Positions 35,968 to 50,309 of a stretch of DNA of 64,000 bases are shown in pieces; the stretch's first letter is position 1; every line of letters begins with the position of its first letter. The translations under genes and the position numbers were made by a program. The DNA lies in contig NC_043006.1 of NCBI RefSeq assembly GCF_006345805.1, positions 5,766,001-5,830,000 of the forward strand. The letters run 5' to 3'. The notes under the pieces were generated by a model. The model searched no databases and was not told where the DNA came from. It saw nothing but the letters and a program-made list of their open reading frames with translations. This DNA is from Octopus sinensis. Taxonomy: Eukaryota.

Positions 35968-36424
35968 AGGCGTAGGAGTGGCTGTGTAGTAGGTAGCTTG
36001 CTTACCAACCACATGGTTCTGGGTTCAGTTCCACTGCATACACACACACAATGGGCAAATGTCTTCTACTATAGCCTCGGTCCAACCAAAGCCTTGTGAG
36101 TGGATTTGGTAGACGGAAACTGAAAGAAGCCCGTCATATATATGTATATATATATATGTGTGTGTCTGTGTTTCCCCCCCCCCCAACATCGCTTGACAAT
36201 GGATGTTAGTGCACATGCATGCATCTGTGTTTGCCCCACTACCAATAATACTTGACAATGAGCACTGGTGTGTTTACATCCCCGTAACTTAGTGGCTTGG
36301 CAAAAGAGACCGATAGAATAAGTACTAGGCTTACAAAGAATAACTCCTGGGGTCGATTTGCTCAACTAAAAGGCGGTGCTCCAGCATGACAGCAGTCAAA
36401 TGACTGAAACAAGTGAAAGAGTAA
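35968..36424 (+). mobile_element. SINE family A with partial internal duplication
   Basis: Family A consensus; tgtgtttgcccc..cttgacaa segment present twice. Confidence 0.82.
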
Positions 36425-37156
36425 TACAGCTAGGCACAGACGTGATTGTGTACACAAGAAGCATGCTTCCCAACCATGTGGTTTCAGGTTCAATCTCACA
36501 GTGCAGCACCTTGAGCAAATATCTTCTAACTCCAGGCTGGCCAAATCCTTGTGAACAGATTTGATAGACAAACTGAAAGAAGCCCATCATGGTGTGTGTG
36601 TGTGTGTGTGTACCCGTGTCTTGACATCGTATGTTGGAATATCATTGTCATACACAATTATTGTTTGTTTACATTCCATGGAAATTATGTCAAGCCATGA
36701 AAAAGTGGGCATAAAACCAATGATTATAACATTTGGCTTCAAGATTTTTTTTTTTTTTCTCTTACATCCTCAAGTCAGCACTGAACAAAGCAAGCTTTTG
36801 ATGAATAGGCATTCCAGTTTTGACCTTCCCCATTTATTTTCCTATGTACAGTATTGGTTCTGCCTTTCAACTTTCTAGAATCAATAAAACAGTGCCAATC
36901 AAGTACTTAGAATTGATCTAATTATCCATACCCTGTTTCCATAACTTTATTACTACTTATCTTTTATTAAATGGTGTGCTGACTGTTTGTCTACACGCCA
37001 TAACCATACTCCATCTCTAAAACTTTATAACTATATTTTACAATGCAGCAAGCAGGCAGAAACATTAGCAAGCCAAACAAAATTTAGGGGCATTTTGTTC
37101 ATCTTTAAGTTCTGAGTTAAAATTCTGAGGTTAACTTTGTTTTTGTTCCTTTAGAG

Positions 37157-37487
37157 ATCATCATCATCATCGTTTAACATCCACATGCTGGCATAGGTTG
37201 GATGGTTTGACTGAGGGCTGGCGAACCAGATGGCTGCACCAGGCTCCAGTCTTGATCTGGCAGAGTTTCTACAGCTGGATGCCCTTCCTAAAGCCAACCA
37301 CTCCAAGAGTGTAGTGGATGTTTTTACATGCCACCGACACGGGGGCCAGTCAGGCAGTACTGGCAACGACCTCGCTCGAATCTTTTTACATATGGCAATG
37401 GCACAGGTGCCAGTAAGGCGATGCTGGTAACGATCCCGCCCGAATGGTGCCTCTTACATGCCACCGGCACGGAAGCCAGTTAGCCGT
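37157..37487 (-). mobile_element. RTE-LINE 3' end (family B)
   Basis: (CAT)n plus conserved tail; similar to 975-1305. Confidence 0.82.
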
Positions 37488-39229
37488 TCAATAAAATAAA
37501 TACCAGTTACCCCTCCACCCCCCACTCTAGAAATTTCAGACAGTGCCTATTATAAGGATTATTACTAATATTTTATGAAGTGTAGTGCAGGTAGTTTTTG
37601 CCTGGTTTTAGGTATAAACTCTAATATAGCCACAGTCAACATTGCTAGTAGCCTTTGCACTAAATTCTCCCCTACCCTAAAATTAATGCTCTCAATATTG
37701 CTGTTGCCATGCCTCTGTCAAATTTGTGTCAAAACATCTGAGAACTGAAAATGTTTTTATTTGTATCACAAATGTATCTTAGTCATCATGTCTTTCTATA
37801 ATTCTTTCAAATTTCCTTAGAGTTAACTTTATTTACCATCACCCTTCATTTAATGAAATGCTCCTGAAATTCCTTCAGTCAACAATACCCTTTTCCTACA
37901 AGAATATCGTCTGTGTATAGTCAAAATAAACTGTATATTGTAATATTCCTTTAAATACTGAGTTCAAATCCCACAAAGGTCTACTTCATCTTTCGTCAAT
38001 AAAAGAAGTTGCTGTATCAGTCAAAAACTGGAATAAATTAGCAGATTGACTACACCCTGCCCCATGAGATATGTTGCTGTGTATTAACGTAAGAAATCAC
38101 TGTCATTAGTGAAAATTGTACAGATAGTAAAGAGCTCTATATTTGAAGGAATTTAGTTTGGCATTTCGTTCATTTATCAAAAGTTCATTTATCCAAGATC
38201 ATTAAAGTAATTAGCAGCTAGGTAATGTGTCTGATATTACCTACAGTCTTCCACAATCTTGGTAACATTGAGAAATGTGATAAAATGAGTGTGCTGTCAC
38301 AGAAGATATATTGAAAGAAATCTAAAGTTTTTGATATTACCAGTAATTCTCATGGGGAGGTAAATGAATAAAGTTTATTCTAATAGAGTGGAAATTTATG
38401 ATACATTCTTTATGATAATATCAGTTAAAAAAAACTGTTAGCTTTAAAGAATAATCATTTTCAATTCCTTGTTTAGGATGGTGGATTTGCAGAATCCCTG
38501 GAGCTTTGGGAAAAATGCTTTACAGGGTTTGTTTCAGTCTTTGACATTCTGAGTTCAAATATGGCCTAAGCCAACTCTGCCTTTCATCTTTTGGGGGCTG
38601 ATAAAGTAACTGTCAAGTACTGAGGCTAATGGTATTGACTTACCCCTCCTGCTGCAAAATTGCTGACCTTGTGCATAAAGTAGAAATCATTATTAATTCT
38701 TTGTTTCAGTTCAGTTTCAGAGTATTATATCAAAGATTGTTGCCCGCAGGAACATCCTAGAATTTGATTATTGCTATATCATAATGAATTTTAATAGTAA
38801 TTCTAAAAGTAACCATTTGTTAAATTTATCAATTAAACTTCAGAAATTAAAACAGGTTCATTAGTCTGTTTTGCAATTAGCTTTAAATAAGATTTGAAAG
38901 GATTTATCATCTGATGAGGAAACTTTTCTCGATTTCCCTCTCTCTTTTCTCCCCCCCCTCTCCCTCACCAATCATGTCAAACAATTCTACCTGTGATCTT
39001 ATCTCGCAGTTACTTAAGCAATGGTTTTGCTATCTTTGTTTTTGGTTCTTTTTCAGCCTAATCTGATTTTAACTTATAATAGTTTATACATTGATTTCCT
39101 TTTCAAAGAAGAAAATAAAATGCTGTGATGTTCATGCTTTTGTTTTTTTGTTTTTTTTTGTTTTTTTTTTCAATAGCTTCATCTTGAGGAAAGGGTTGTG
39201 CCCATAGCCTTCTCATTCCTTCCAAATGC

Positions 39230-39590
39230 AGTGAGATCAATGCAGATAATGTTTCTTTTAAACGGCTGCAAGTTGATAACGGCAAAAAAAAAATGATGGG
39301 CAAAGAATGAATTCCAGAGGGTTGAACACCAAGATGGACTGAGAAAGTAATTTGTATGTAGGTTGTGAAATGGCAGTGGTCACTAAGTGTAATGAGAAGA
39401 GATGAGACAAGTTGGGAAGGCTTATGTGGAGAGCAGCTAACCCCACCGGCCACTGCAGTAGAAGAGTGAGATGGACCAGAGATTGGAGAGCAATTTCATG
39501 TCGATCAGTCAGGTGACCATTTTAGTGGGCTGGAGGCAGTCTAGGATACCTGTGGGGGTAGCTGTATGACTGGTCCATGTGTAGGGGCAG
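39230..39590 (-). mobile_element. L2/Crack-like LINE 3' relic
   Basis: Minus strand STLWNS...NLQPFK resembles the ORF2 C-terminus; heavily decayed. Confidence 0.45.
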
Positions 39591-40954
39591 TGTTCTATTT
39601 GAAATTCATAAGCTGCATAAGAGAAACAAAAGGCATCCAGTAAAAATCATAACTTGGTCAATAAAGTCAGACTACCAGCTACATGCCACTTGGCATATGT
39701 CCACTCACCATGCAACAGCTGCTGCTGCTGCTACTACCACTACAAGAATAGAGCTTATTTTTTAGTCTTAAGCATTTGCTACAATATTTAATAACTTCTT
39801 AAAGAATAAAAGGAATTAAGAGTCACACATTTCTGACATTGATCAAAATGATTTCAGAATTCTTCAGAAATATTTTATGTAAATCTTTTCACTTGTGTAA
39901 GTATTTTTGAATTGTAAAATAACTTTTATTGTATTTTGTTGCTCTATGAATTTGGATAACTACTTCAGTTCCAACACTTGAACATTTACTGTGCTCACAA
40001 ACTGCAGTTAATGAATTTATTTCTTAATTGTTGTAGTTAAGAAACATGTAAAATATTTTTTTCTTTCTGCTTTTGTGATCAGATGACTTTCAGAACACAC
40101 AAACCAAATAAGACCAAAAGTAGAAGATTGTTTTGGTCAACAACTGTTCCACCAAATATGTATTATATAAATATGTATTATATTAATTTACACAACTTGA
40201 ATAAAATTTTTGTTGAAAACAATATATTAACTTAAAAAAATAAAATTTGCCAAAGTCTAATTTACTTTCAGCCTTTCTGTTGGTTTTTAACCCTTTTTAA
40301 ATTTTTGGTTTCAAATTCTGGCACAAGTTCAGCAGATTTAGGTGAGGGGATAAATTGATTACATCAACCCCAGCGTTCAACTTGTTCTTATTTTATCAAC
40401 CTCAGAAGGATGAAAGGTAAAGTTGACATCAGCAGAATTTGAACTCAGAACATAGGGACAAACAAAATGTTGCTAAGCCTTTTACCCAACATGCGAACAA
40501 TTCTGCCAGCTTGCTGCCTTCTAATTTTTTAATAATTATTTATCATCATTATTATTAAACACTTTCTCCAACTCAAATGAACTGAATGGATTTGTACAAA
40601 AGCATATGTCTGCCTTTGAGATCCAACAATCATTTAGCTACATCTCTGCCATATTTTTGCCATGTCTAACAATGTACACTCAGAAACAAAGTCTGGTGGA
40701 AGTAACTTAGAGTTTATAAATATATACATATATATCTGTGTATAGAATCACACCCAGCCATGGTGGAGCGAACAGCACACAGACTGAGGGGCAATCAAAC
40801 CATAAAGCAAGAGGTTAAAATTGTTTAGTTGTGAAAAACTTCTAAATTCCAGGGTACATTAAGGAAATGAAATTAGGTTGTGTTGGCTGTGAACCTTCCA
40901 CAATACCCAAGCTTTATATATGTAAATAAAGCCTCCACATCTGGTTGTAATTTA

Positions 40955-41780
40955 AGTGGGGAACATTTTCTAACCTCTTGTTACACAAATGTAGATGGTA
41001 TACACTTTTTAGTGGTGATGATGGGAACATCTGATTGTCTCATCATCATCCTTTAATTTCCATTGTCCATGCACTAGCTACCAATAAACTATTACCATTC
41101 CATTGTTAAGTATGCAGATCTTTAATGACAAGTTTTTCTCACATTTCATTCCTACAGTGCATAAACATCAAGAAAGTGCTTCAAATTTTGGACAATGTTC
41201 CTGCTCACCCAAGAGGTCATCTACTTGTCTAAGTATAATTGTAGTCTCCAAGAGATTTTATCATTGAAGATATTTTGGCAAAGTGCTCTGGTGAGTAAGA
41301 GAAGAAGGGAAAACACTAAAGAACTCTCAGTATCAAGAGCTAGATCTCAACAATTCAATTTAGCAGTTTTATGTTAAAGCTCTGCAGACATCTATTTTAG
41401 TCAAAGCTTGGGAAAAAAATAAATAAAAATGAAAGATTTGAATCAATGGAGTTTCATTATATTCTTCAGAGATTCAGTGAAATAGATGTTTCAGGAGACT
41501 GTGTCAGAACCTGGCTTAAGACATTGAGTGAGCAAACCCAGGTATCAAGTGTCCACTAAAGAAATGGCAGACAAAAAACAGCAAGAAAGTATTCCAGCAT
41601 CATTGCAAAACATCCGGATTTACACAAATACACTGCCATGGAATTAGAACACTTCACACTTTTGCTCCTTCTCTTCATAATGTATAGACATATAGATTCA
41701 TATGTGTGAAGCGAAACAGGATTGGAGCTTCTTGAGTCCAAAACTTCCTCCAAAAAAGAGACAGAAAGAAAACTGTTCAA
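40955..41780 (+). mobile_element. pogo/Tigger (Jerky-like) DDE transposase fossil
   Basis: TNVDGIH, FSHFIPTV, KVLQILDNVPAHP (LDNAPAHP motif), TWL...PGYQV, KLPPKKRQ in shifting frames. Confidence 0.7.
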
Positions 41781-42242
41781 CAGTTGAGTTCCGTTTTTTC
41801 TTCTTCTTCTCTTTGATGAAGGATCAGTCTTGAAGTGTTGCATCCCTCCCCATGGCATACCATATAATCTAAAATCATAACCTACACTATTAGTTAAAGA
41901 TGTGATTGCTGTTATGGGATTTCTGTGGTTAAGGTGTGGAATCATAGCGTTTTATTTCAAGTAAGGTGAGTAAGAAAGTAGAGAGAGAGAAAACTTTATT
42001 TTGCATTTATTGATAAAATAAATAGTGTCATCTTGTAGAGAATTAGTAATCTTTATGTTGGCATGAATGGCTGCCAGTCTCTTCTGAGAATTCCTAGTTT
42101 GTATCCTGCCATTGGTGTTGTATCTCTATCAGCTATCTGTAAATATCTATAATAGGTACACATTATTGCTATAAACAGTGGGGGAATTACACAACCAACA
42201 AGTGTTTGCAAGATTCATTAAACAAAACTTTGCAATGTATGT

Positions 42243-42668
42243 AGGCACAGGAGTGGCTGTGTGGTAAGTAGCTTGCTAACCAACCACATGGTTCTGGGTT
42301 CAGTCCCACTGCGTGGCATCTTGGGCAAGTGTCTTCTGCTATAGCTTCGGGCCAAACAATGCCTTGTGAGTGGATTTGGTAGACGGAAACTGAAAGAAGC
42401 CCGTCGTATATATGTATACATATATATATAAGTGTGTGTGTGTGTATATGTTTGTGTGTCTGTGTTTGTCCCTCCAACATCGCTTGACAACCGATGCTGG
42501 TGTGTTTACGTCCCCGTCACTTAGCGGTTCGGCAAAAGAGACCGGTAGAATAAGTACTGGGCTTACAAAGAATAAGTCCCGGGTTGATTTGCTCGACTAA
42601 AGGCAGTGCTCCAGCATGGCTGCAGTCAAATGACTGAAACAAGTAAAAGAGTAAAGGGTAAAAGAGTA
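42243..42668 (+). mobile_element. SINE family A
   Basis: Full length. Confidence 0.88.
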
Positions 42669-43171
42669 TGTGAAACAGCAAAGTGCTCAATGGCTAATGT
42701 GAGTCAACTGTTTGATCTTTCTCTCTTTATATGTAGTTGTGTGCATACACGTCCACACATGCCGCACATACTCACATAACATTTCAATGTTTAGGATGTA
42801 AATGTAGACATGTAATAAGAGAAAGATGAAAAACTGCAGAGGGATTTGAGCAAGGGACAATACACAAATGTTAATTAAGATGTCCACTGTGGTAAAATTG
42901 CTGACTGATTTATACAGTAACTGAATATGCAATAGTGTTGCTTGGGGAAAGAAATCAGATACATCTGCTCTGAAGAGTAAACAACAAATTATGAAACAGT
43001 CCATAAGGAGACTTTCCAATTCTTTTTTTTTTTCTTTCTGTACATTGAAAGCATAAAAGTAATGTGCTTGCATTCTTATATATTTCATTATCACAGCTAA
43101 GACTTTCTAATATTTACATTTATTTGACTTCTCATGGTTCTCAGTGCATTACATATAGAATTCATATAGAA

Positions 43172-43216
<45 letters not shown>

Positions 43217-44020
43217 CAAAATGGGACAAGAATGCAAAACATCCAGACAACTAGGTGACACAAAAAGGGACAACAAAACATCCAGATAGATGATACAAAG
43301 AAAACAAGGACGGGTCATTCAAAGTATTCTATCTTCAGTCAAGAACCAGATTATCCTCGCAATTTCGGCTGACTATTCTTGACATATATATATATATATA
43401 CACACATATACATGTGTGTATGCATGTACATATATATATATAGATATATCATCTCTCTCTCTCTGACTTTCTCTCAACACACACACACATATATACATAT
43501 ATATACAAGTAAAAAGGCAAATAAACAAGAATAGAATACAAATATATATTTTTTTTTTGTTACCCCCATCAGCCACACACTCTACACCATCACCATACCT
43601 CCTTTTAAACTTTTATATTTGTAAACACTGCTATGAAATTATGTTTTTTAGCCAGATGATATGACTTTGTTCCATGGGTCTGCAGAAACTCATGTTATGC
43701 TACATTTACAACATTATGAGTATTATGTAGTAGATGTGGTTTGGGCATAAGCCGTGGTTCATCTGAAACAGCTGTCGAGATAAGACTGTTTTATCTGCCT
43801 TTTTGCTTCCATATCCATTCAATGAGGATGGCTCTTATTGCTGACTTTCTACGCCCAAAAAGTCACCTGCTCTAAATGGAGGAGTCGGAATTTGAGTTTT
43901 CATTTATTTAAGTTCCACTCAGAGAATATCTGTTCCACACTTGTGTGTGTATGTGTGTGTGTTTGTGTATCTGCGTTTGTCCCCCCAACATCGCTTGACA
44001 ACCAATGCTGGTGTGTTTAA

Positions 44021-44391
44021 GACTTTCTAACTAGAAAGGGTATGGAACCTACACTCGCCTCCTTATGAGAGCTCAAAATCTCTCGTGGAAGCGCCATCCA
44101 ACCAAAATGTAAATATATGGGAAACTACCACCTGTGTCATCTCTTGTGAAAGGTAGGAGAGTCCAGTTTGCTGGACATTGTTGTAGAGCTGAAAAAGAGG
44201 TAATTTCTACTCTTCTCCTCTGGAAGCCATTTACTTGCAATACCAGAGGGCGCACACTCTCCTACCTGATGTAATCTCCAGGGATACAGGCATCCAGCAA
44301 CAGGACCTCCGTAATGCCATGATGGACCGTGAAGTCTGGTGTAAGATAGTAAATTCCATTGTCTCGACAATGGTCGAACAACGATGATGAT
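44021..44391 (+). mobile_element. RTE/RTEX-like LINE 3' end inserted into a family A SINE fragment
   Basis: TYTRLLMRAQNLSWKRHP..RRVQFAGHCCRA..LLLWKP..RDTG..MMDREVW; (GAT)n tail; SINE resumes at tacgtccccgt. Confidence 0.8.
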
Positions 44392-44855
44392 TACGTCCCC
44401 GTAGCATGAAGATTTTTAAGCACACACACACATATGCATATAATGTATATTCACACGTGACATATTCTATGAAATATATGCAAATATATAGTCTTTTATT
44501 TCTTTACTACTGTTTTCAGTATTCGAACCTGAGCCAATCAGGAGCACCTCTCGAAGTGCCTGCTTGTGCAATTACGTATGGCTTACACACGGAGAGATAT
44601 AAAAGTCTAAGCATATATATATTTGTGAGTCAGATTTGATCATATACATGCGGCTATATGAGTGTGTATGAGTGTATGTATGTGTGCCCGTGTGTATGTG
44701 TACATGTGTGTGTGCGTGTGTATGTGTGTGCATGCGTGTGAGTTCATATTTGTCCGTCCGTATCAGATCAGCACTATGTAGGCGACTTGGACCGTGTTTA
44801 TCTTTTATACTTCTACATTATTGATATGCATGTGATTTTTAAGTTTTATTACCAA

Positions 44856-45666
44856 TATTGTTGTTATTATTATTATTATTATTGTTATTGTTATTATTAT
44901 CATTATTATTATTATTATTGTTATTATTATTGTTGTTGTTATTATTATTGTTATTATTATTGTTGTTGTTATTATTATTATGTTATTATTATTGTTGTTG
45001 TTATTATTATTGTTATTATTATTTGTTGTTGTTATTATTATGTTATTATTATTGTTGTTGTTTTATTATTGTTATTATTATTGTTGTTGTTATTATTATT
45101 GTTATTATTATTGTTGTTGTTATTATTATTGTTATTATTATTGTTGTTGTTATTATTATTGTTTATTATTATTGTTGTTGTGTATTATTATTGTTATTAT
45201 TATTGTTGTTGTTATTATTATTATTATATTATTGTTATTATTTTGTTATTATTATTGTTGTTGTTATTATTATTATTATTATTGTTATTGTTTTATTATT
45301 ATTGTTATTATTGTTGTTGTTATTTTTATTATTATTATTGTTGTTATTATTATTATTATTATTATTATATTGTTATTATTATTGTTATTATTGTTGTTGC
45401 TGTTATTATTATTATTATTATTGTTATTATTATTATTGTTGTTGTTATTATTATTGTTATTATTATTGTTGTTGTTATTATTATTGTTATTATTATTGTT
45501 GTTGTTATTATTATTGTTATTATTATTGTTGTTGTTATTATTATTGTTATTATTATTGTTGTTGTTATTATTATTGTTATTATTATTGTTGTTGTTATTA
45601 TTATTATTATTATTATTGTTATTGTTGTTATTATTGTTGTTGTTGTTATTTTTATTATTATTATTG

Positions 45667-45701
<35 letters not shown>

Positions 45702-45750
45702 GTTATTATTATTGTTATTATTGTTGTTGCTGTTATTATTATTATTATTA

Positions 45751-45791
<41 letters not shown>
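44856..45791. repeat. Compound (ATT/GTT)n satellite with 30-bp and ~330-bp higher-order periods
   Basis: Five perfect 30-mers at 45451-45600; rare GCT variant at 45399 and 45729. Confidence 0.95.
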
Positions 45792-45792
<1 letters not shown>

Positions 45793-45986
45793 CCAAACTC
45801 TCTTCTCTCAAAAGATTATTTCCTCGCCAATGAGTTGTTGACTTGTGCTTCTTCCCACTTGAATCTCTCTTCCTTCCTTCCTTCATTCTTACATTCTTTC
45901 ATTCGTTCAATCCTTCACTCGTTAGCGATGTCTCTATTGTTAATAATATCGCTTTTCCGACTTCCTTTATCGAAAATACGCACGGG

Positions 45987-45989
<3 letters not shown>

Positions 45990-46028
<39 letters not shown>

Positions 46029-46330
46029 TACATACATACATACATACATACATACATACATACATACATACATGCACACACACATACATACACACACATA
46101 CACACATACATATCTTACGTGTTTGTGTGTGTGTGAATGTGAGTGACAGTGTTTATGTATGTAGGTACGTACGTACGCATGCATGCACGTATGTATGTAT
46201 GTACGTATATATGTATGTGTGTGTACGCAGCTTGGGTGAGAGAGAGAGAGAGAGAGTGTGTGTGTGTGTATGTGTGTGTGTGTGTGTGTGTATGTGTGTG
46301 TGTGTGTGTGGTGTGTGTGTGTGTGTGTAT
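45990..46330. repeat. Compound microsatellite (CA)n/(CATA)n/(GA)n/(GT)n
   Basis: Direct reading. Confidence 0.9.
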
Positions 46331-46761
46331 GTTTTATGGGTGTGTATGGGCGTGCACGCATTTGTTTATAACATGTTTGTAAATATTTAGATTATAATTC
46401 AAGAATTTGTGAAGGTCAGACTGACACATAGTCATAACGATTAAAAACTGTTGGATTTGGCAGCAGCAGCAGATAGAATCGATATTCTACAACAGCTTCC
46501 AAACCGTTAAATAAGAATTACAGAACAATAATTGGTTCCTCATCGACTCTTGTTGTCTTCTACACTGAAAAGTCCTAAGTTTCACAGCGTCTGCTGCGTT
46601 GTGGTACCATGCTAAATAATTGGTTCTGATTTAGGTCCAACATCAGTAATTTGGGTGGTGGGGAGATACCATCAATAGTGGTATTTGACCGGTACTTTAT
46701 TTTATCGATCTCGAAAGGATGAAAAGCAAAGTTCTCCTCGAGAAACGAACTCTATGTTAAG

Positions 46762-47170
46762 AGGTGTAGGAGTGGCTGGGTGGTAAGTAGCTTGCTTACC
46801 AACCAAATGGTTCCGGGTTCAGTCCCACTGCGTGACACTTTGGGCAAGTGTCTTCTACTACAGCCCCAGGCCGACCAAAGCCTTGTCAGTGGATTTGGTA
46901 GACGGAAACTGAAAGAAGCCCGTCGTATATATGTATATATATATGTGTGTGTGTGTGTATGTATGTGTGTATGTGTGTGTGTTTGTCCCCCCAACATTGC
47001 TTGGCAATCGATGGTGGTATGTTTACGTCCCCGTTACTTAGCGGTTCGGCAAAAGAGACCGATAGAATAAGTACTAGGCTTACAAAGAATAAGTCCTGGG
47101 GTCGATTTGCTCGACTAAAGGCGGTGCTCCAGCATGGCCACAATCAAATGACTGAAACAAGTAAAAGAGT
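46762..47170 (+). mobile_element. SINE family A
   Basis: Full length. Confidence 0.87.
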
Positions 47171-47439
47171 CAGAAAAAAGTATCGTAAGGTTTCCTGTCA
47201 CTTATAATTCAGTAAATCCACATTGACTCCTGACCACTTATGTAACGATGAGAAAGTCAACATTATTGACTACACTATATTTAATATAACCAGCCGTCAC
47301 CCGCAAGTGAATGCCACAGGGTGAAATGTACCGTGCTTTCGCTAAATGTTGCAGGCGCTTAGGTCGCCGAGAGGAGACATTCACACTCTCTTGATCACCC
47401 CATTTTTGATTCAATAAAATATCCAGGACGTGACAGCTG

Positions 47440-47442
<3 letters not shown>

Positions 47443-47516
<74 letters not shown>
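47443..47516. repeat. (GA)n microsatellite
   Basis: Direct reading. Confidence 0.95.
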
Positions 47517-47518
<2 letters not shown>

Positions 47519-47587
47519 GCACCAGCATCAGTAGGGTAGCTAGTGAGGAGAGGTGGGCGATGCTTTCATAGGTCTGCTGTATAAACC

Positions 47588-47784
47588 TGTAACAGGATGT
47601 AAGGCCTGGAACACTTGAGGGGTGCAGGTCTTATCCCGTTACATTATTGCGAATCCAGAAAAATAAATATTATTTATTACTGTTGAAGATATTCGAAGTC
47701 TTGGTTTTCCTTTCGACAAATAATTTAATGTAACGGGATAAGACCTGCATCCCTCAAGTTTTCCAGACCTTACATCCTGTTACA
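47588..47784. mobile_element. MITE with ~59-bp TIRs, TGT...ACA ends and 4-bp TSD (Ginger-like)
   Basis: TIRs 47588-47646 and 47726-47784; TSD AACC on both sides. Confidence 0.8.
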
Positions 47785-48667
47785 AACCTGTACATGTCTG
47801 GGAGACCCGATAGCTACGCCACTGACCAGCACTCGAATGGTACTCATTTACAGCTTAGTAAAGTGGGGCAATATGAAATATTTTGCATCGAGACAACGCA
47901 GCGCCAAGTTCAGAAAATGACCCAACGATCTGAACAGCGAACCGAACAGTAACCATTATGGCCACGTACCTTTCAATGTAAAGATGTTTCAGGATTAATG
48001 GCAAAATATTTGATTGGATATTTTCATGTGCAATGCAATCGTAGTTGTTGCTTTAACTTTCCAAAGATGAATAAAGTTGCGAACAGAATGGTACTAGAGT
48101 GTAAACCATTACACTTTAACTAAGATAAGTGTCTGCTCTTATAGAAATCCAGGAGCCGATGTAGGAATCTTCACAAAGGCTACTCTGTCTACATTATATC
48201 CATATTTGTTCCCTATGATAACCGTTTCTGTTTACCGAAACGCATATGTTGAAAGTTAAACCAATTAGCAAAAATGCTATTTTGAAAATCGATATAAACT
48301 TTTATAATGCTTATTATTTAATAACTAAATGTGAGATAAAATAACATTTTATTTCTAATAAAAATGTATGTAATATTTAAGTAAAGGAATCAATATCGTT
48401 AAGTTCTCCTTTTATCTATTATTAGTGGTGCAGCAAATTTAATATCATTAAAAAAAAATGTTAACGTCTTATGTAAATTTATTCTAAGAGAAACAAAACT
48501 AACGATAAAAGGAAGCTACGAAACCACTTTTGCATAAGAAAACTAAGATGCTTGATTTATTCAAATGTTTGTGGATTTAAATATATATATATATATATAT
48601 TGTTATATTTCGGAAAGGTCATATTGCCAGTTTAGCCAATAAAATCTTGCACAACAAATATTTAAAC

Positions 48668-48720
<53 letters not shown>

Positions 48721-49819
48721 AAGCAATTTTGGTGATTAATGGTTGGAGTTGAAAAATGAATTACAGAACAATTCTGTTGCAAAAGTTTAGTCAATATCGA
48801 TCAGAGAAAACGTTTTTGACAATGTAATCCAAATATCAAAAGTGTTATTGATAAACATCTTGTAAATAAATTTATTTTATAGACAGCCATATTTATTTTC
48901 GTTCAGTTTTCATAACAGCATTGATTGTCTAAATTGACAAAAGATAAAAATTAAAAAAAGAACTTTTAGCTAGTTTAGCTTTTAAGTTCGACTTATTCTG
49001 GGATTTTCAGACACAAGTTGATGATGATACTATTACAGAATCAATATCCGAAATGCGTGTTGTATCCGCCTACACACTAAAATGGACAATTTATTGCAGC
49101 CGATTACCAGACGCATTCAGAAGTCAGTAACTTTGCAAGGGTTTACTTTCTGCTGATAACTGTTCTTAAATTAGAAAAGAATTTAATGATGGCGGAACAT
49201 CTCTGATCTGTTGTTAAAAGATTGAAACAACAGACATAAACGTGTTTAGGGTTCAATTTACGATAATTATTTAGTTTCGTTACTTAATGCTGTTGCGGCG
49301 GCCTAAGTCATATCTTGTCGAGCAGATCTACTATTAAAGGCATTCTAGCTGTACCCATTCGCAAGCATACCTCATCCTACGTCGTTAATTGGTTCCAGAG
49401 GGCAAGACATAAGTCGAAAAACGACTTAAGTCGAAATAACCATTATTTGAATGTATATACATGTAATAATTAAAACCTAAGCTAGCCTAGGTTGTTTTTA
49501 TGTTTACCTACGAATTCGATAAATTGTGAGGCAAGCCTAGGCTGCTTTTATATTAGAAAGAAATAAATTCAAATACAGTACGGTTGCCTACCTGATGGCT
49601 GACATCGGTGTTACTCGTTGAGGCTGGTGTAGGAGAAGGGGGGGATTAAACACTAGATGTCGATGTTATGGACCCCGGATGAGAACCACTGATCTAGACC
49701 AATGAACTGTACCTCCGTGTGTCGCCTGGCTCAAACTGCAGTCGATTCTTTTAGTCCTATACCGAAAAGATATCTACCAGCACAGTGGAATCTAACTGTA
49801 TAAGCCTCAGTATTTGCTG

Positions 49820-50141
49820 TGAAGGCGCAGCGTCGAGCTTACGATCGTGAAGTTGTGAGCTCGAATCCCGGACTGGGCTGCGTGTTGTGTTCTTGAGCAA
49901 AACACTTTATTTCACGCTCCTCCAATCCACTCAGCTGTAGAAATGAGTTGCGACTTCACAGGTGCCAAGCTGCATCGGCCCCTTTGCCTTTCTCTTGGAT
50001 AACACTGGTGGCGTGGAGAGGGGAGGGCGGTATGCATGGGCGACTGCTGGTCTTCCATAAACAACCTTGCCCGGAATTGTGCCTGGGTGGGGGTAACTTT
50101 CTAGGTGCAATCCCATGGTCAGTGTCGTGACCGATGGGGGT
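49820..50141 (+). mobile_element. tRNA-derived SINE family E
   Basis: gagctcgaatcccgg B box; reverse complement copy at 62925-63268. Confidence 0.85.
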
Positions 50142-50309
50142 CTCAGAATTTGCTGTCTGCTTTGGAGTCACCTCCACACTGCCCACACTTTTTTACCCCT
50201 CCATTCTACTAGGCTCACCATCATATACACATATTCATTAAATAGGAAAGCACCTCCAGTTGCGTCAAACCAACCATGCCACCAGTTTTCACAGTATCCT
50301 TTCTATTAC

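Noticed and set aside
42970-43001. CTGAAGA-GTAA...TTAT-GAAAC-A-GTC hammerhead-like string
   Set aside because: No stem I pairing between the flanks (tgct vs cata)
44787-46390. Long ORFs of 170-390 aa
   Set aside because: Low-complexity translations of ATT/GTT and CA repeats that lack stops; no domain content
49005-49065. TTGATGA...GAAATGCGT, decayed hammerhead-like
   Set aside because: Too many core deviations and no valid NUH triplet
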